Shown: positions 1-8,801 of the stretch, piece by piece | Layout of the letters: every line of letters starts with the position of its first letter | How positions within the stretch are numbered: position 1 is the stretch's first letter | IMG/VR virus record: IMGVR_UViG_3300010157_000238 | Coordinates: 1-24,721 of that record | Origin: a virus | Taxonomy: Duplodnaviria; Caudoviricetes | Direction: 5' to 3' (one strand) | DNA length: 24,721 nucleotides | Program-made: the position numbers and the translations under genes | The notes under the pieces: generated by a model | Databases searched by the model: none | Told to the model about the DNA's origin: nothing | Seen by the model: the letters and a program-made list of their open reading frames with translations, nothing else

Positions 1-249
1 GATTGGACGCAGAAGGTATTGGTATGCGAGGCCAAGTGCGCCAACCCACCCAATAGCAGGCCGCCAGCCACTAACAAAAATAGAAGACGATTGTGCTTCA
101 TTTGCATTCACCTGATTTTGTTGCTCATCCCAGCCCTGTAGGGATGTCCGTAGGGCTGCCTCAGCCTCCGCCCGTTGGTTTGGGTCAGGAATGAATTTGT
201 TGACGATCTGCAGGCCTGCTGAAATTGCATCATCGATGCCAAAAGCCAT
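1..249 (-). CDS. Holin, GTA-type 3TM family (partial; runs off the left edge)
   Basis: Not in the ORF track. The ATG at 249 overlaps the upstream TAA (TAATG). My translation is MAFGIDDAISAGLQIVNKFIPDPNQRAEAEAALRTSLQGWDEQQNQVNANEAQSSSIFVSGWRPAIGWVGALGLAYQYLLRPI. The KFIPDP and EA.S.S.FV.GWRPAIGWV motifs are typical of GTA_holin_3TM proteins. Confidence 0.85.
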   Translation of the reverse strand, partial: MAFGIDDAISAGLQIVNKFIPDPNQRAEAEAALRTSLQGWDEQQNQVNANEAQSSSIFVSGWRPAIGWVGALGLAYQYLLRPI

Positions 250-1811
250 TATACTTTCCCCTGTGCTATCCGAAGCGCATTTACGATATCATCGTCATGC
301 ATGTTAAGCATTTGCTTTGTACCGCCATCCAACGCCTTCTTAGCCTCTTTGAACATCCTATCCGCCTCTGGGATGCGACCGCCCGTAGAGCGCTGAGGGC
401 GATGCACGAATCCACCACGTTTTTCATGGATGTCAGTACTATTAGGGTTGAAAGTACCCTTATTACCTAAAGACGATTTGATTTGAGAGCCCTGCCCAAG
501 CACCACAGCGAGGTTCCCGCCATTCTCTTCAGGTATCCAAGCATCGTGCCCTTTGGCGCGAAGCGCATCAAACCAATCGGACTGATCTTTTTTATAGTTT
601 TCACTTTTATAAGCGGGACGCGGACCGGTGTACGGGTTTACTGCACGAATGTGGGTTGGAACAACACGACTTGCCGTGTTCATTGGTACTAAATCCCAAC
701 CATCGCGCTTATATCCTTGGCTGTCGTTTGTTGCTGCATACATTGAAGCTTCTTTTGGATCTGTCGTGAACCAAGCACCGTGACGTCCAATTTTAAACCC
801 ACCCTTCTTATTCTCGAAAGGCTGGTCTTTTGATGTCCCTGTATAGTATTGTTTTGGAGTGCTATCTGGCTCTTTCGTAAGCTGGTGAGAGCCAGAGTGC
901 CAATCGGCTAAATTCTCCTCACGCCGTGGGTCGCCGTGAGGGATAAAACCACCACCGTTATAACCGATCCTACCACCTTCAGCGCGGTGCACGAACCCGC
1001 CCTTTTCGTACCGCCGTTTAACATTCACGCGGTCATGATTAAAAACAACATAGTTTCTCGTTCCCTTTCCAACCCCACGGCTACCCTCATCAAAGTATTT
1101 GATGCCCGGTATTCCTGCTCTTTGGAAAAAGTTAGATGCGCCTTTGTACCCATGCGGGTGGCCAGCGGCGATCTCTTGATACAAATTGCCAGCTGTCTTT
1201 TCTGATTCCATATGGTCCCTAACTTTATCCCACAACGTAGGCACTTCTTTTCTGGCATTAAAAAGACTTGCCATTACACGCGGGTCTTGATCAGTCATTG
1301 GCTTATCCCAATCCAAAAAGTGATCGGGATGAGCATCAATGGCGACCTCGTACATATGGCCAGCAGGTTGATACAACTTTTTCTCATCTACATTCTCGTT
1401 CCCCAAAAAACTTTTTAATTCATAAGCATCCGGGTACGAAGCATGAGATCTTGGTCGGCCCTCACCGCCCGGAAGCGGATTGCCACTTTTATCTACCCCT
1501 TGGACCTCCACAGAATGAAGAAAATCATCATCAAATTTTGAACTCAACACTTTGTCATACGCTCGTGAAGAGGGAATCAGGTTTCCCGGTGTATAGTATT
1601 TCTTTACTAATTCGTGATAATATGGGCTTCTAGCTTGACCCGCCAATCTGTCTCTGTAGGCTTTAGCGACAGGTTCAGCTTGAGCAAAATACAAACCATG
1701 CCCATAGGCTTGAGCCCCTTCGCCCGCGCCAATCTCGCCGGTGTCAAACTTATCGAACTCATATGGAGAGCCGTGGTAAGCGGTAATGTTATTTGGTTCT
1801 TGATCGTCCAT
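249..1811 (-). CDS. 520-aa virion/ejection-associated protein with two tandem ADP-ribosyltransferase-like (ART-PolyVal-like) domains
   Basis: Domain 1 reads AYHGS..F.KF...G.GLYFA....AKAY...YEV...GIPGIKY...NYVVF. Domain 2 reads YYTGT...GAWFTTDP..A..YA...VVPTHIRAVNP...GHDA...VV...QIKSSLGNKGTFNPNSTDI. Both follow the H-Y ART pattern of polyvalent-protein ARTs. TAATG-coupled at both ends. Confidence 0.7.
   Translation of the reverse strand: MDDQEPNNITAYHGSPYEFDKFDTGEIGAGEGAQAYGHGLYFAQAEPVAKAYRDRLAGQARSPYYHELVKKYYTPGNLIPSSRAYDKVLSSKFDDDFLHSVEVQGVDKSGNPLPGGEGRPRSHASYPDAYELKSFLGNENVDEKKLYQPAGHMYEVAIDAHPDHFLDWDKPMTDQDPRVMASLFNARKEVPTLWDKVRDHMESEKTAGNLYQEIAAGHPHGYKGASNFFQRAGIPGIKYFDEGSRGVGKGTRNYVVFNHDRVNVKRRYEKGGFVHRAEGGRIGYNGGGFIPHGDPRREENLADWHSGSHQLTKEPDSTPKQYYTGTSKDQPFENKKGGFKIGRHGAWFTTDPKEASMYAATNDSQGYKRDGWDLVPMNTASRVVPTHIRAVNPYTGPRPAYKSENYKKDQSDWFDALRAKGHDAWIPEENGGNLAVVLGQGSQIKSSLGNKGTFNPNSTDIHEKRGGFVHRPQRSTGGRIPEADRMFKEAKKALDGGTKQMLNMHDDDIVNALRIAQGKV
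964..987. repeat. 24-nt direct repeat, copy 1 (ccgatcctaccaccttcagcgcgg), encoding RAEGGRIG on the minus strand
   Basis: Identical to 1902-1925, read directly from the sequence. Confidence 0.9.
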
Positions 1812-4237
1812 TACAACCTCCCACTAAATGTCGGTTCGCCCATCAACGCAGTTTGGATGTGAAAGCCGGGAATTAAACGTGCGCTGCTTGTCTCATCACC
1901 CCCGATCCTACCACCTTCAGCGCGGGCAACCGGCAATGCACCAACCGCAGCGGGGGCGTTGGCGGATAGCTTGATCATATTCTGGGCCATCGCTGACAGA
2001 AGGCGGGGGTTCTTTTGGAGCATTGCTTGAGCATCCCGGAACTGCTGAATGTCTGAAGACGCCAGCTTGTCAGCTAATCTTTTTGCATACCTAGCTCCCA
2101 TAATATGGTCAGCTATGCCGTAGGCATATTGCGCTAAAGCCAATGGCTGCGACAACAGGAAGGTTGGCACAATGCGGAGTTCGCGGAGTTTATAGTACAA
2201 AGACGGATCTGCGCGTCCAGCATTCTTGGCAACGTTTGCCAACGAATTGCGGAACAGGGATTCTGTACGTACAAAACGCTCAAGCTTCTCATAACCGTTA
2301 TTGCCAAAGATATTCTTCATGGCCTTGGCAGTGTAATTGTTGGGGTCAAAATACTTCTCAAGCATCTTGGTATTGATGCTACCGTCGCCATTGCGGGTTT
2401 TTGTCAAAAGAGATGCGAGGACACCTTGTTGGGCTAGCTCACGCTCCTTCGGGCTCATCCCAAGAGTGGCATTGAATGCATTGGTCTTTGCCAGTGTATT
2501 GCGGTCTTTATCCAGCAATCGCAAGCCGCCACTAAAAGCATCTTTCTCGCCGAAGATATCCTGCGAGTTTTTGATCGCATGATCCAACTCACGGCTGTAA
2601 GCTGGGTTAGTTTTGTCACGGATCGGGTCCATGAAAGTCTTGCCGATGCTTTGCGCTCTGCGTCCAACGCCACCTTGAGTGCTGGCACCGCTCTGGAATG
2701 ACGCATCTTGTATTGAACCAAGCTCCCTGCGGATTTGGTCAATATACTGCGTATTCATGCTGTTTTTATCAGCCAGAACCATTTTAGAAGGAGGAAGTCC
2801 TTCAATTGCTTCGCGAACCTGAGCAACAGCATCGTTTGTTTGTTTCTGCGCAGCCATCTTGGCAAACCCAGTGCTATCAGCGGGGTCTACCTTCAAGATG
2901 TTTTTCAAAGAGTTGTTATTCAGCTTGCGAAGATCATCAAACGTCTTGATGCCGTAATCATCGAATGCAGAAACGGCGTAATTTGGCATTTTTAAGTCGG
3001 ATATTGGCGTATCGCCAGTATTCATAAAAGCCGATTTGAAGTTAGGGCCAAGCTCATTTGACAGATTTGCATCTGCATTCTTGACCGCCTGATTAAAGAT
3101 TGGTTCATCAAGCAATTTGTTCCACTGAGGAAGCCACGTACCCCTGCCAAGATCAGGATTTTTGATAGGAGCCCAAGCCATCTGATTGCGTGCTTCGAAT
3201 TCACGGCGTGCATCGTCTTGAAGCTTGGCAGCGTTCAGCTCAACACCAGACATTTTTTCGGCAAAGGTATCGAAACGCTCACCCGCATCCGATAGTCTGT
3301 TCCTCATTTGCTCTATGATATCAGCAACAGCTTCAGGATCATTTTTGGCAATCTTTGAAAGAGCCTTCTGAAACTTTGGCCCGCCAATATCAGCACCCAT
3401 AATAGGCTGGCCTTCTTGTGCCGCCTTAATGAGATCGTTCATTGGTATTTTGGATGCGCCAGCTGCTTCATCCTCAAGCAAAGACTTCGACAGACTATTT
3501 AAGGCGGCATCCTTAGGAGCCACCATTGCCTTCATCCACTCAGGGGCTACCTTAGCTGCAGCCTCTCCCACCGCACCAAGACCAAGACCCAACCCCCCAC
3601 CAATAAGGGCGGATGTTCCGATATCCTGTTGCTCAGACTTTGGCTTAGAACCAATAGCCTTTTCTTCCGCCGCAGAACCGGCGCCAAGGGCTCCAGCCTC
3701 TACGCCCATGCCAGCAATGCGAGCGACTGTAGGAGCCGCTCCTAGAGCCTCCGCACCAGCCGCCACAGGTCCGGCAACTTCACCCACGAACGGGATCAAT
3801 AACTGCGAACCAATGTCCGCTGCCAGCTGAGTCTTAGGATACTCTTCCCCAGATACGCGACGTTGGGCTTCATATTGAGCCTTTAGGTCCTCACGACGCT
3901 GGCTGAAGTCCTTACCTTGTCCGTATCCAGCCGCCGCGCCGATATCAGTTGCAGCCTCGCGAACGGCAGGACCAACGCCAAGCATTTCGCCTGCTCCGGT
4001 TACAGCCGCACTCGTATAGCCGTAATCCTTGGAGCGTTGTTTCGCTTCAGGAATATGGGACTGGATTTTAGCTTCATATTCGTCAACAGGCTTAGCGGTC
4101 GCCTTGCCTGTTCTTGACGCCATAGCCTGTTCAAAGGGATCGGCTTCATTTGGTTGGTCAGAATCACTCTGGCTACTAGCCAGCTTTTTCTGCATCAAGG
4201 TATCAAATGGGTCCGCATTCGAATCATCTGTTGCCAT
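1811..4237 (-). CDS. Internal virion / DNA ejection protein (808 aa)
   Basis: Start moved to the ATG at 4237 (MATDDS), 2 nt after the upstream stop. It has an acidic N-terminus (DPFD/DPFE), an Ala/Gly-rich glycine-zipper region (ALIGGGLGLGLGAVG) and a long helical body. Its position after the nozzle and GNAT genes matches podovirus ejection proteins. Confidence 0.7.
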   Translation of the reverse strand: MATDDSNADPFDTLMQKKLASSQSDSDQPNEADPFEQAMASRTGKATAKPVDEYEAKIQSHIPEAKQRSKDYGYTSAAVTGAGEMLGVGPAVREAATDIGAAAGYGQGKDFSQRREDLKAQYEAQRRVSGEEYPKTQLAADIGSQLLIPFVGEVAGPVAAGAEALGAAPTVARIAGMGVEAGALGAGSAAEEKAIGSKPKSEQQDIGTSALIGGGLGLGLGAVGEAAAKVAPEWMKAMVAPKDAALNSLSKSLLEDEAAGASKIPMNDLIKAAQEGQPIMGADIGGPKFQKALSKIAKNDPEAVADIIEQMRNRLSDAGERFDTFAEKMSGVELNAAKLQDDARREFEARNQMAWAPIKNPDLGRGTWLPQWNKLLDEPIFNQAVKNADANLSNELGPNFKSAFMNTGDTPISDLKMPNYAVSAFDDYGIKTFDDLRKLNNNSLKNILKVDPADSTGFAKMAAQKQTNDAVAQVREAIEGLPPSKMVLADKNSMNTQYIDQIRRELGSIQDASFQSGASTQGGVGRRAQSIGKTFMDPIRDKTNPAYSRELDHAIKNSQDIFGEKDAFSGGLRLLDKDRNTLAKTNAFNATLGMSPKERELAQQGVLASLLTKTRNGDGSINTKMLEKYFDPNNYTAKAMKNIFGNNGYEKLERFVRTESLFRNSLANVAKNAGRADPSLYYKLRELRIVPTFLLSQPLALAQYAYGIADHIMGARYAKRLADKLASSDIQQFRDAQAMLQKNPRLLSAMAQNMIKLSANAPAAVGALPVARAEGGRIGGDETSSARLIPGFHIQTALMGEPTFSGRL
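1902..1925. repeat. 24-nt direct repeat, copy 2, encoding RAEGGRIG near the C-terminus of the 808-aa protein
   Basis: Identical to 964-987, including synonymous positions. Confidence 0.9.
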
Positions 4238-4239
4238 TT

Positions 4240-7200
4240 TTAGTTCACCAACCAACGGGAAAGATGCTTAACTCCGGGATAGTACTTTTGAACCTTGGCA
4301 TCAAAATCTGGCTTCGAAATGTGGCCATCCATCAATTCTGTAACCAAGTTAATGCTTCTGCCCTTAGGATTCTTCCAGCTCAAGTCTGGGCTCATAAGAT
4401 CCTGCAGGGCATTTTGTTCCTTGTTATACTGCTCTGGTGGATAGGCAGCTTGGATAGCCTGATCAACGTTCGCGCCCATACGAGCAGTCTTGCCGCCAAA
4501 GTAATTGACTGCTTGCTGAGCGTCACGAGCCATAACGCTTTGACGCATGATGCTTGTAAACACCTTGTTGGCCGACTCTGGCTCTAGAGGAGTACCCGGA
4601 AGAGCTGCTTCTGTTGCGTCAATAGTTCTAGCTGCGGCTTGATGGGAAATCGACCCAACCTGTTGGTTAGCCATCAAACGCGATATCTTTTGCAACTCTT
4701 GCGAAGCCACGACAGGATCGTCTGAGACATTATAACCAGCAATACGAGCAGCCGTTGCGGCGGCACGAATCGATGCCAACCTGAACTTGTCGCCAGCACC
4801 CATAGTACCCCAGCCATTTTGCTGAGCAATAACCAGATCATGCGCCATCGTGCTAGCATCGCCCAATGCGGTGTTAGCTATCTGAGCAGACTTGCTTGTC
4901 TCAGCTGCAGTATCTTCGAACTTGTTCTTTAAGCTTTTAGCCGTATCGGCAGAATACACAGTATTGCCAACTTGGTTCTTCAGCGTATTTGCATACTGAT
5001 CCAAGATTGAAGTTTTTTCCTGAAGAGCTTGTCCAAGCGGGGCCAGTTCAGAAGTAGACGTTGCACCACCACCTTGATCGCCAGCGCCGCCCGGTGAAGG
5101 CATATTGATGTACTTGTACTCTGGGTTTTCCGGTGTACCAGCCATGAAGAGCGCATTGCCGCCAAACGGATTTGGTGTAACACGCAATCCTTGCTCTTCA
5201 GCCCTCGTTTTGCCAGCAGTCGCTTGCGATGATTGTGCAGAACCATATTGAGCTGCGCTTTGCGCTTGGTTAAGCATCGTTTCGCGCTGTTGTTTCTGTT
5301 GCTCAAGCATGGTGTTGGCAAAACCTTGCCCTGCGCGGGAAAGGTTGGTACCGAAATCGCCACCCGAAAGAAGGTTTGCGCCAAAATTCAATGCAGCAAT
5401 TTGGCGCATATCAATTGGAGGAGGCGCGATGTAACCAAAGCCCGGCTGCGCAGCGTCAGATGTTCGACGTGTGGTATCCTGAGCAACGACATTCGTCGGA
5501 ACCCTTTGCTTAGGAGCTGTTTCTTCTTCGGTTGTGGCCAGATCCGCTGCAGTTGGCCTGTTTTTACTCACAACAGGGGTGCGTGGAGCTTTATCTGGCT
5601 GAGCTTCAACAGATGGAATAATTGGTTGAGTTTTTTCTGAAGGGAAATAAGTCCCAGTTGCCGAACGCTTTTCAGTAGGTGCCGCTATAGTATCTTGTGT
5701 ACTTGGCGCTCCCATTACCTTTTTACCCGTCTCGTATGCCCGATCAAGATCTTCCTGAGTAACGTTCTTCCCAGTCCACCAATCAAGTACACCTTTACCC
5801 ATTGGGGATAAAATGGAACCATCAGATTCTGGCTGAGCAGTGTATGCCGGTTGGTCAGGACTTGACCACATATTGTCCGAATCATCTTGAGATTTTACAG
5901 CCCCGCCGGGCTTAGGGTCACCATATCCAATGCGACCTCCCTTCGCACTTGGAAGAACACCCTTTGCAGCTAATGCTTGAAGCTGTGGACCTAGAACACC
6001 AGCACCAGAACCAGCCTCATCTGAAGCAATTTGAGAGATGTCAGATTCCGTAGGCATTCCATACATCATGCTAATAGGTGCATATCCACCGGCAGCATAG
6101 TGATGCGGATGGATACGGCCACCACGCTTTTCAGCGGAATCTGGGTCACTTGTTCTGGCATCACCAAATTGAGTATCAGCTTCAGCTTTTGCTTGAGTAT
6201 CAGCCTCTGCTTTAACATCAGCATGGTCAGCCACAGATGGGCTATTACCACGGCCACCAAGCGCACCACCAGTTTCAGAGGGAGTGTTGTTTACTTCCGA
6301 CGTTGTGCGATCAAGCCCTGCATATCCAGATCCGGGCCCATGACCTTCAGCACCAGCACTAGGGGCGGCAATATTAGAGGCAATTTGAGATAGGCCAGCA
6401 GAATATGATGGGTTAGATGGCGGCGCAGGAGGATTAGATGGATCAAACGCCGGGCTAGGAGTTGCAACAGCTCCCTTTTGATATGCGCCTTGAGAAGCCG
6501 CCATGAAATCAGCAACCGTTGCATCCATTGGAAGGCCAAAACGATTACTTGCAAAATGGCTTCCAAGGACATCTATGGCCCTTGCATTTGGATCGGCATT
6601 GGTCAAATTTTTATAACCACCTAACCCTTGATTGTAAGCAAGACCAATACTTCCAACTGTTGGATCTTTTTGTTTATTAGCAATATCGGCGGCATATTGG
6701 GCAGCACCCGTCAATGCTTGAACTGGATCAAACGGATTGGTAACACCATAAGCTTCAGCGGTTTTTGGTTGAAACTGCATTAATCCAAGGGAAGACCCAG
6801 ATTTATTAGAAGCATCTGGATTGTACGTCCCGCCAGTTTCCACATTTGCAATACCTGACAGAGTTCCTGCTGGAAGACTATTTTGAACTTCTAGATCATG
6901 TGCTAATTTAGCGTAATCACCAGTAAAACCAGCTGACCTAGAGCCGACTGCACCAAGGCCCGTTTTACTTGCAGCAAGGTCAGCCCCACCAGCCAATGGA
7001 TCAGTGATACCAGAGGTATCTTCAACAGCCGCAGGAGTACCAATAAGGCTAGGGTCAAGCTGAGTTGCTGGGATAGCGCCATAATGCAAAGCCTTGGCTA
7101 AACCATTATCCATATTAAAGAAGTCAATTTGACGTTGACCGTTTACGTTAGTAAAGCCAGCACCAACTTTGGAAAGATCGCCACCGGTAAATTGATCAGC

Positions 7201-8790
7201 CCACTGTTGAGCAGTCATGCCACTTGCAGTGTTAGGCATATCTCTGCCGCCCTGACTTGGATCAGCAACCATATTAGTCGCCATTCCGTTGGCATTGTAT
7301 GTTCCCGGACTATTGCCGTGGAACAATGCATCAAATGCACCCTTAATTCCTGTCTGAGCGCCAGTAGTTTGATCAACACCACCCATTAAACCAGTGCCAA
7401 TTTTACCAAGCAAACCCTTGGGGGCAGCAACTTCTATTGGCAAATAGCTATTGGCAGATGTGCTTGGATTAAATGTGGAGACATCTGATACGCCAGCACT
7501 TCCATCACCACCCCTCCCTGAAGTGTCAATGGCAGGAGTGGCAGGGGTCGCAGTAGCCGTGGTTGTTGGTTTTGCAGCCGTTGTAACTGCGGTGTCCGCA
7601 TAAGGTGCTGGCGCTCCAATAAATGCGTCCTTGTACTCTTGATACGCTTGATCAAGAATTGGCTTAGGAGCATGCTGGGTAACCAAAGTTTGATAACGAT
7701 TATATGCGTCTACAATACTAGAAGATGTTGGTGATCCGCCTGAAGCATAACCAACTGCTCCGCCTTGTTCGTAGTTAACGCGGCCACCCGTTTTAAGCAT
7801 GCTAAAAATTGAACCCAACCCAGATGCCGCTGCCGACATAGGGTTCGATGCAGAAATCCCGCCCGGATTTGAAAGTCCCCCAAGCATGGATAAGCCACCC
7901 AGTAGTCCGCCAGCATTGCTGACAGTGGGTGAGTACCCTGTCGTTGTTCCGCCCATAGCAGGAGCAGCACCAGAAGCGAGGCCAGCATAATAGCTAAGCT
8001 GTTGGTATGGGAATGCCTGCTGGTTCATATACTGTTGATATGCAGTTGATAGACCGGCCTGTTGCTGCTGCTGTTCTGCCGTGCCATAGCCGTATTGAGC
8101 CTGCGCTTGCTGAAGAGCCGCGTTTTGGCCTTGCGTCCCAAGATTAGCAAGATTCAAAGCGTTAGCGGATTGCAGCTGGCGGTTCTGCAATTGCGTTGCA
8201 AGACCGGTCTGCTGCTGAGTATTAAACTCACCCTGAGCCTGCGAATATCCCTGCCCAAGAAGGTTCGAGATTGTCGCATTGTTAGCAAGGTTCTGCTGAC
8301 GGGCTAGCTCAGCTTGAGCAATACCAGCACGATCACCACCAAAAGCGCCACGTTGGATAGCATTCCCCAACACTTGCTGCTGCTGCTGTGCATTGGTTTG
8401 GTTAATGTTGGCTACTGCAGACCCGACAACATCATTCAAGTATGGGTTCATATACTGATTGATATTGCCTTGGTTGAATTGCTGCATCTCTATTGGTTGA
8501 GCAGCATTTTGAACCATTTGTGAGGCTTGCTGGAATGAAGGTTGAGTACCTCCCTGCAAACCAGAAATAGTTTGACCCGCCTGAGCCTGATTAGGCGTCA
8601 TTGGGGAAAGTAGGCCAGCATTATAATTTTGGTACTGAGCAGCTGTCGCCGGTGTATATTGCGGAAATGGCTGATTAGACTGGGTTGCAGCACGACCAAG
8701 GATGTCGGTTATCGCACCCTTCACAGCCTCTGGTGGCTGATAAGATGTTGAGGCCGACGACCCAAACAGAGAACTGCATAATGAACCCAT
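4240..8790 (-). CDS. Large internal virion / DNA transfer protein with an SLT lytic transglycosylase domain (1516 aa)
   Basis: Gln-rich N-terminal region (YMNPYLNDVV...GAFGGDRAGIAQAELAR) and a Gly-rich hydrophobic segment. SLT motifs at about 6480-6920: IANVETGG.YNP.A....SLGLMQFQPKTA...NPFDP.Q...GAAQY...AYNQG. Confidence 0.8.
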   Translation of the reverse strand: MGSLCSSLFGSSASTSYQPPEAVKGAITDILGRAATQSNQPFPQYTPATAAQYQNYNAGLLSPMTPNQAQAGQTISGLQGGTQPSFQQASQMVQNAAQPIEMQQFNQGNINQYMNPYLNDVVGSAVANINQTNAQQQQQVLGNAIQRGAFGGDRAGIAQAELARQQNLANNATISNLLGQGYSQAQGEFNTQQQTGLATQLQNRQLQSANALNLANLGTQGQNAALQQAQAQYGYGTAEQQQQQAGLSTAYQQYMNQQAFPYQQLSYYAGLASGAAPAMGGTTTGYSPTVSNAGGLLGGLSMLGGLSNPGGISASNPMSAAASGLGSIFSMLKTGGRVNYEQGGAVGYASGGSPTSSSIVDAYNRYQTLVTQHAPKPILDQAYQEYKDAFIGAPAPYADTAVTTAAKPTTTATATPATPAIDTSGRGGDGSAGVSDVSTFNPSTSANSYLPIEVAAPKGLLGKIGTGLMGGVDQTTGAQTGIKGAFDALFHGNSPGTYNANGMATNMVADPSQGGRDMPNTASGMTAQQWADQFTGGDLSKVGAGFTNVNGQRQIDFFNMDNGLAKALHYGAIPATQLDPSLIGTPAAVEDTSGITDPLAGGADLAASKTGLGAVGSRSAGFTGDYAKLAHDLEVQNSLPAGTLSGIANVETGGTYNPDASNKSGSSLGLMQFQPKTAEAYGVTNPFDPVQALTGAAQYAADIANKQKDPTVGSIGLAYNQGLGGYKNLTNADPNARAIDVLGSHFASNRFGLPMDATVADFMAASQGAYQKGAVATPSPAFDPSNPPAPPSNPSYSAGLSQIASNIAAPSAGAEGHGPGSGYAGLDRTTSEVNNTPSETGGALGGRGNSPSVADHADVKAEADTQAKAEADTQFGDARTSDPDSAEKRGGRIHPHHYAAGGYAPISMMYGMPTESDISQIASDEAGSGAGVLGPQLQALAAKGVLPSAKGGRIGYGDPKPGGAVKSQDDSDNMWSSPDQPAYTAQPESDGSILSPMGKGVLDWWTGKNVTQEDLDRAYETGKKVMGAPSTQDTIAAPTEKRSATGTYFPSEKTQPIIPSVEAQPDKAPRTPVVSKNRPTAADLATTEEETAPKQRVPTNVVAQDTTRRTSDAAQPGFGYIAPPPIDMRQIAALNFGANLLSGGDFGTNLSRAGQGFANTMLEQQKQQRETMLNQAQSAAQYGSAQSSQATAGKTRAEEQGLRVTPNPFGGNALFMAGTPENPEYKYINMPSPGGAGDQGGGATSTSELAPLGQALQEKTSILDQYANTLKNQVGNTVYSADTAKSLKNKFEDTAAETSKSAQIANTALGDASTMAHDLVIAQQNGWGTMGAGDKFRLASIRAAATAARIAGYNVSDDPVVASQELQKISRLMANQQVGSISHQAAARTIDATEAALPGTPLEPESANKVFTSIMRQSVMARDAQQAVNYFGGKTARMGANVDQAIQAAYPPEQYNKEQNALQDLMSPDLSWKNPKGRSINLVTELMDGHISKPDFDAKVQKYYPGVKHLSRWLVN
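6169..6213. repeat. Imperfect tandem duplication with a 24-bp period (KAEADTQ-A-KAEADTQ)
   Basis: The units are ttgagtatcagcttcagcttttgc and ttgagtatcagcctctgcttt. Confidence 0.8.
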
Positions 8791-8801
8791 AACCTAAATC
8801 C

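Noticed and set aside
1-249. Gene transfer agent rather than phage, suggested by the GTA-type holin
   Set aside because: This holin family also occurs in phages, and the gene order is podovirus-like, not that of RcGTA-type clusters.
7990-8600. Poly-Gln (CAG) runs as a contingency microsatellite
   Set aside because: The runs are short, in frame and use mixed CAG/CAA codons, which fits a Gln-rich helical ejection protein.
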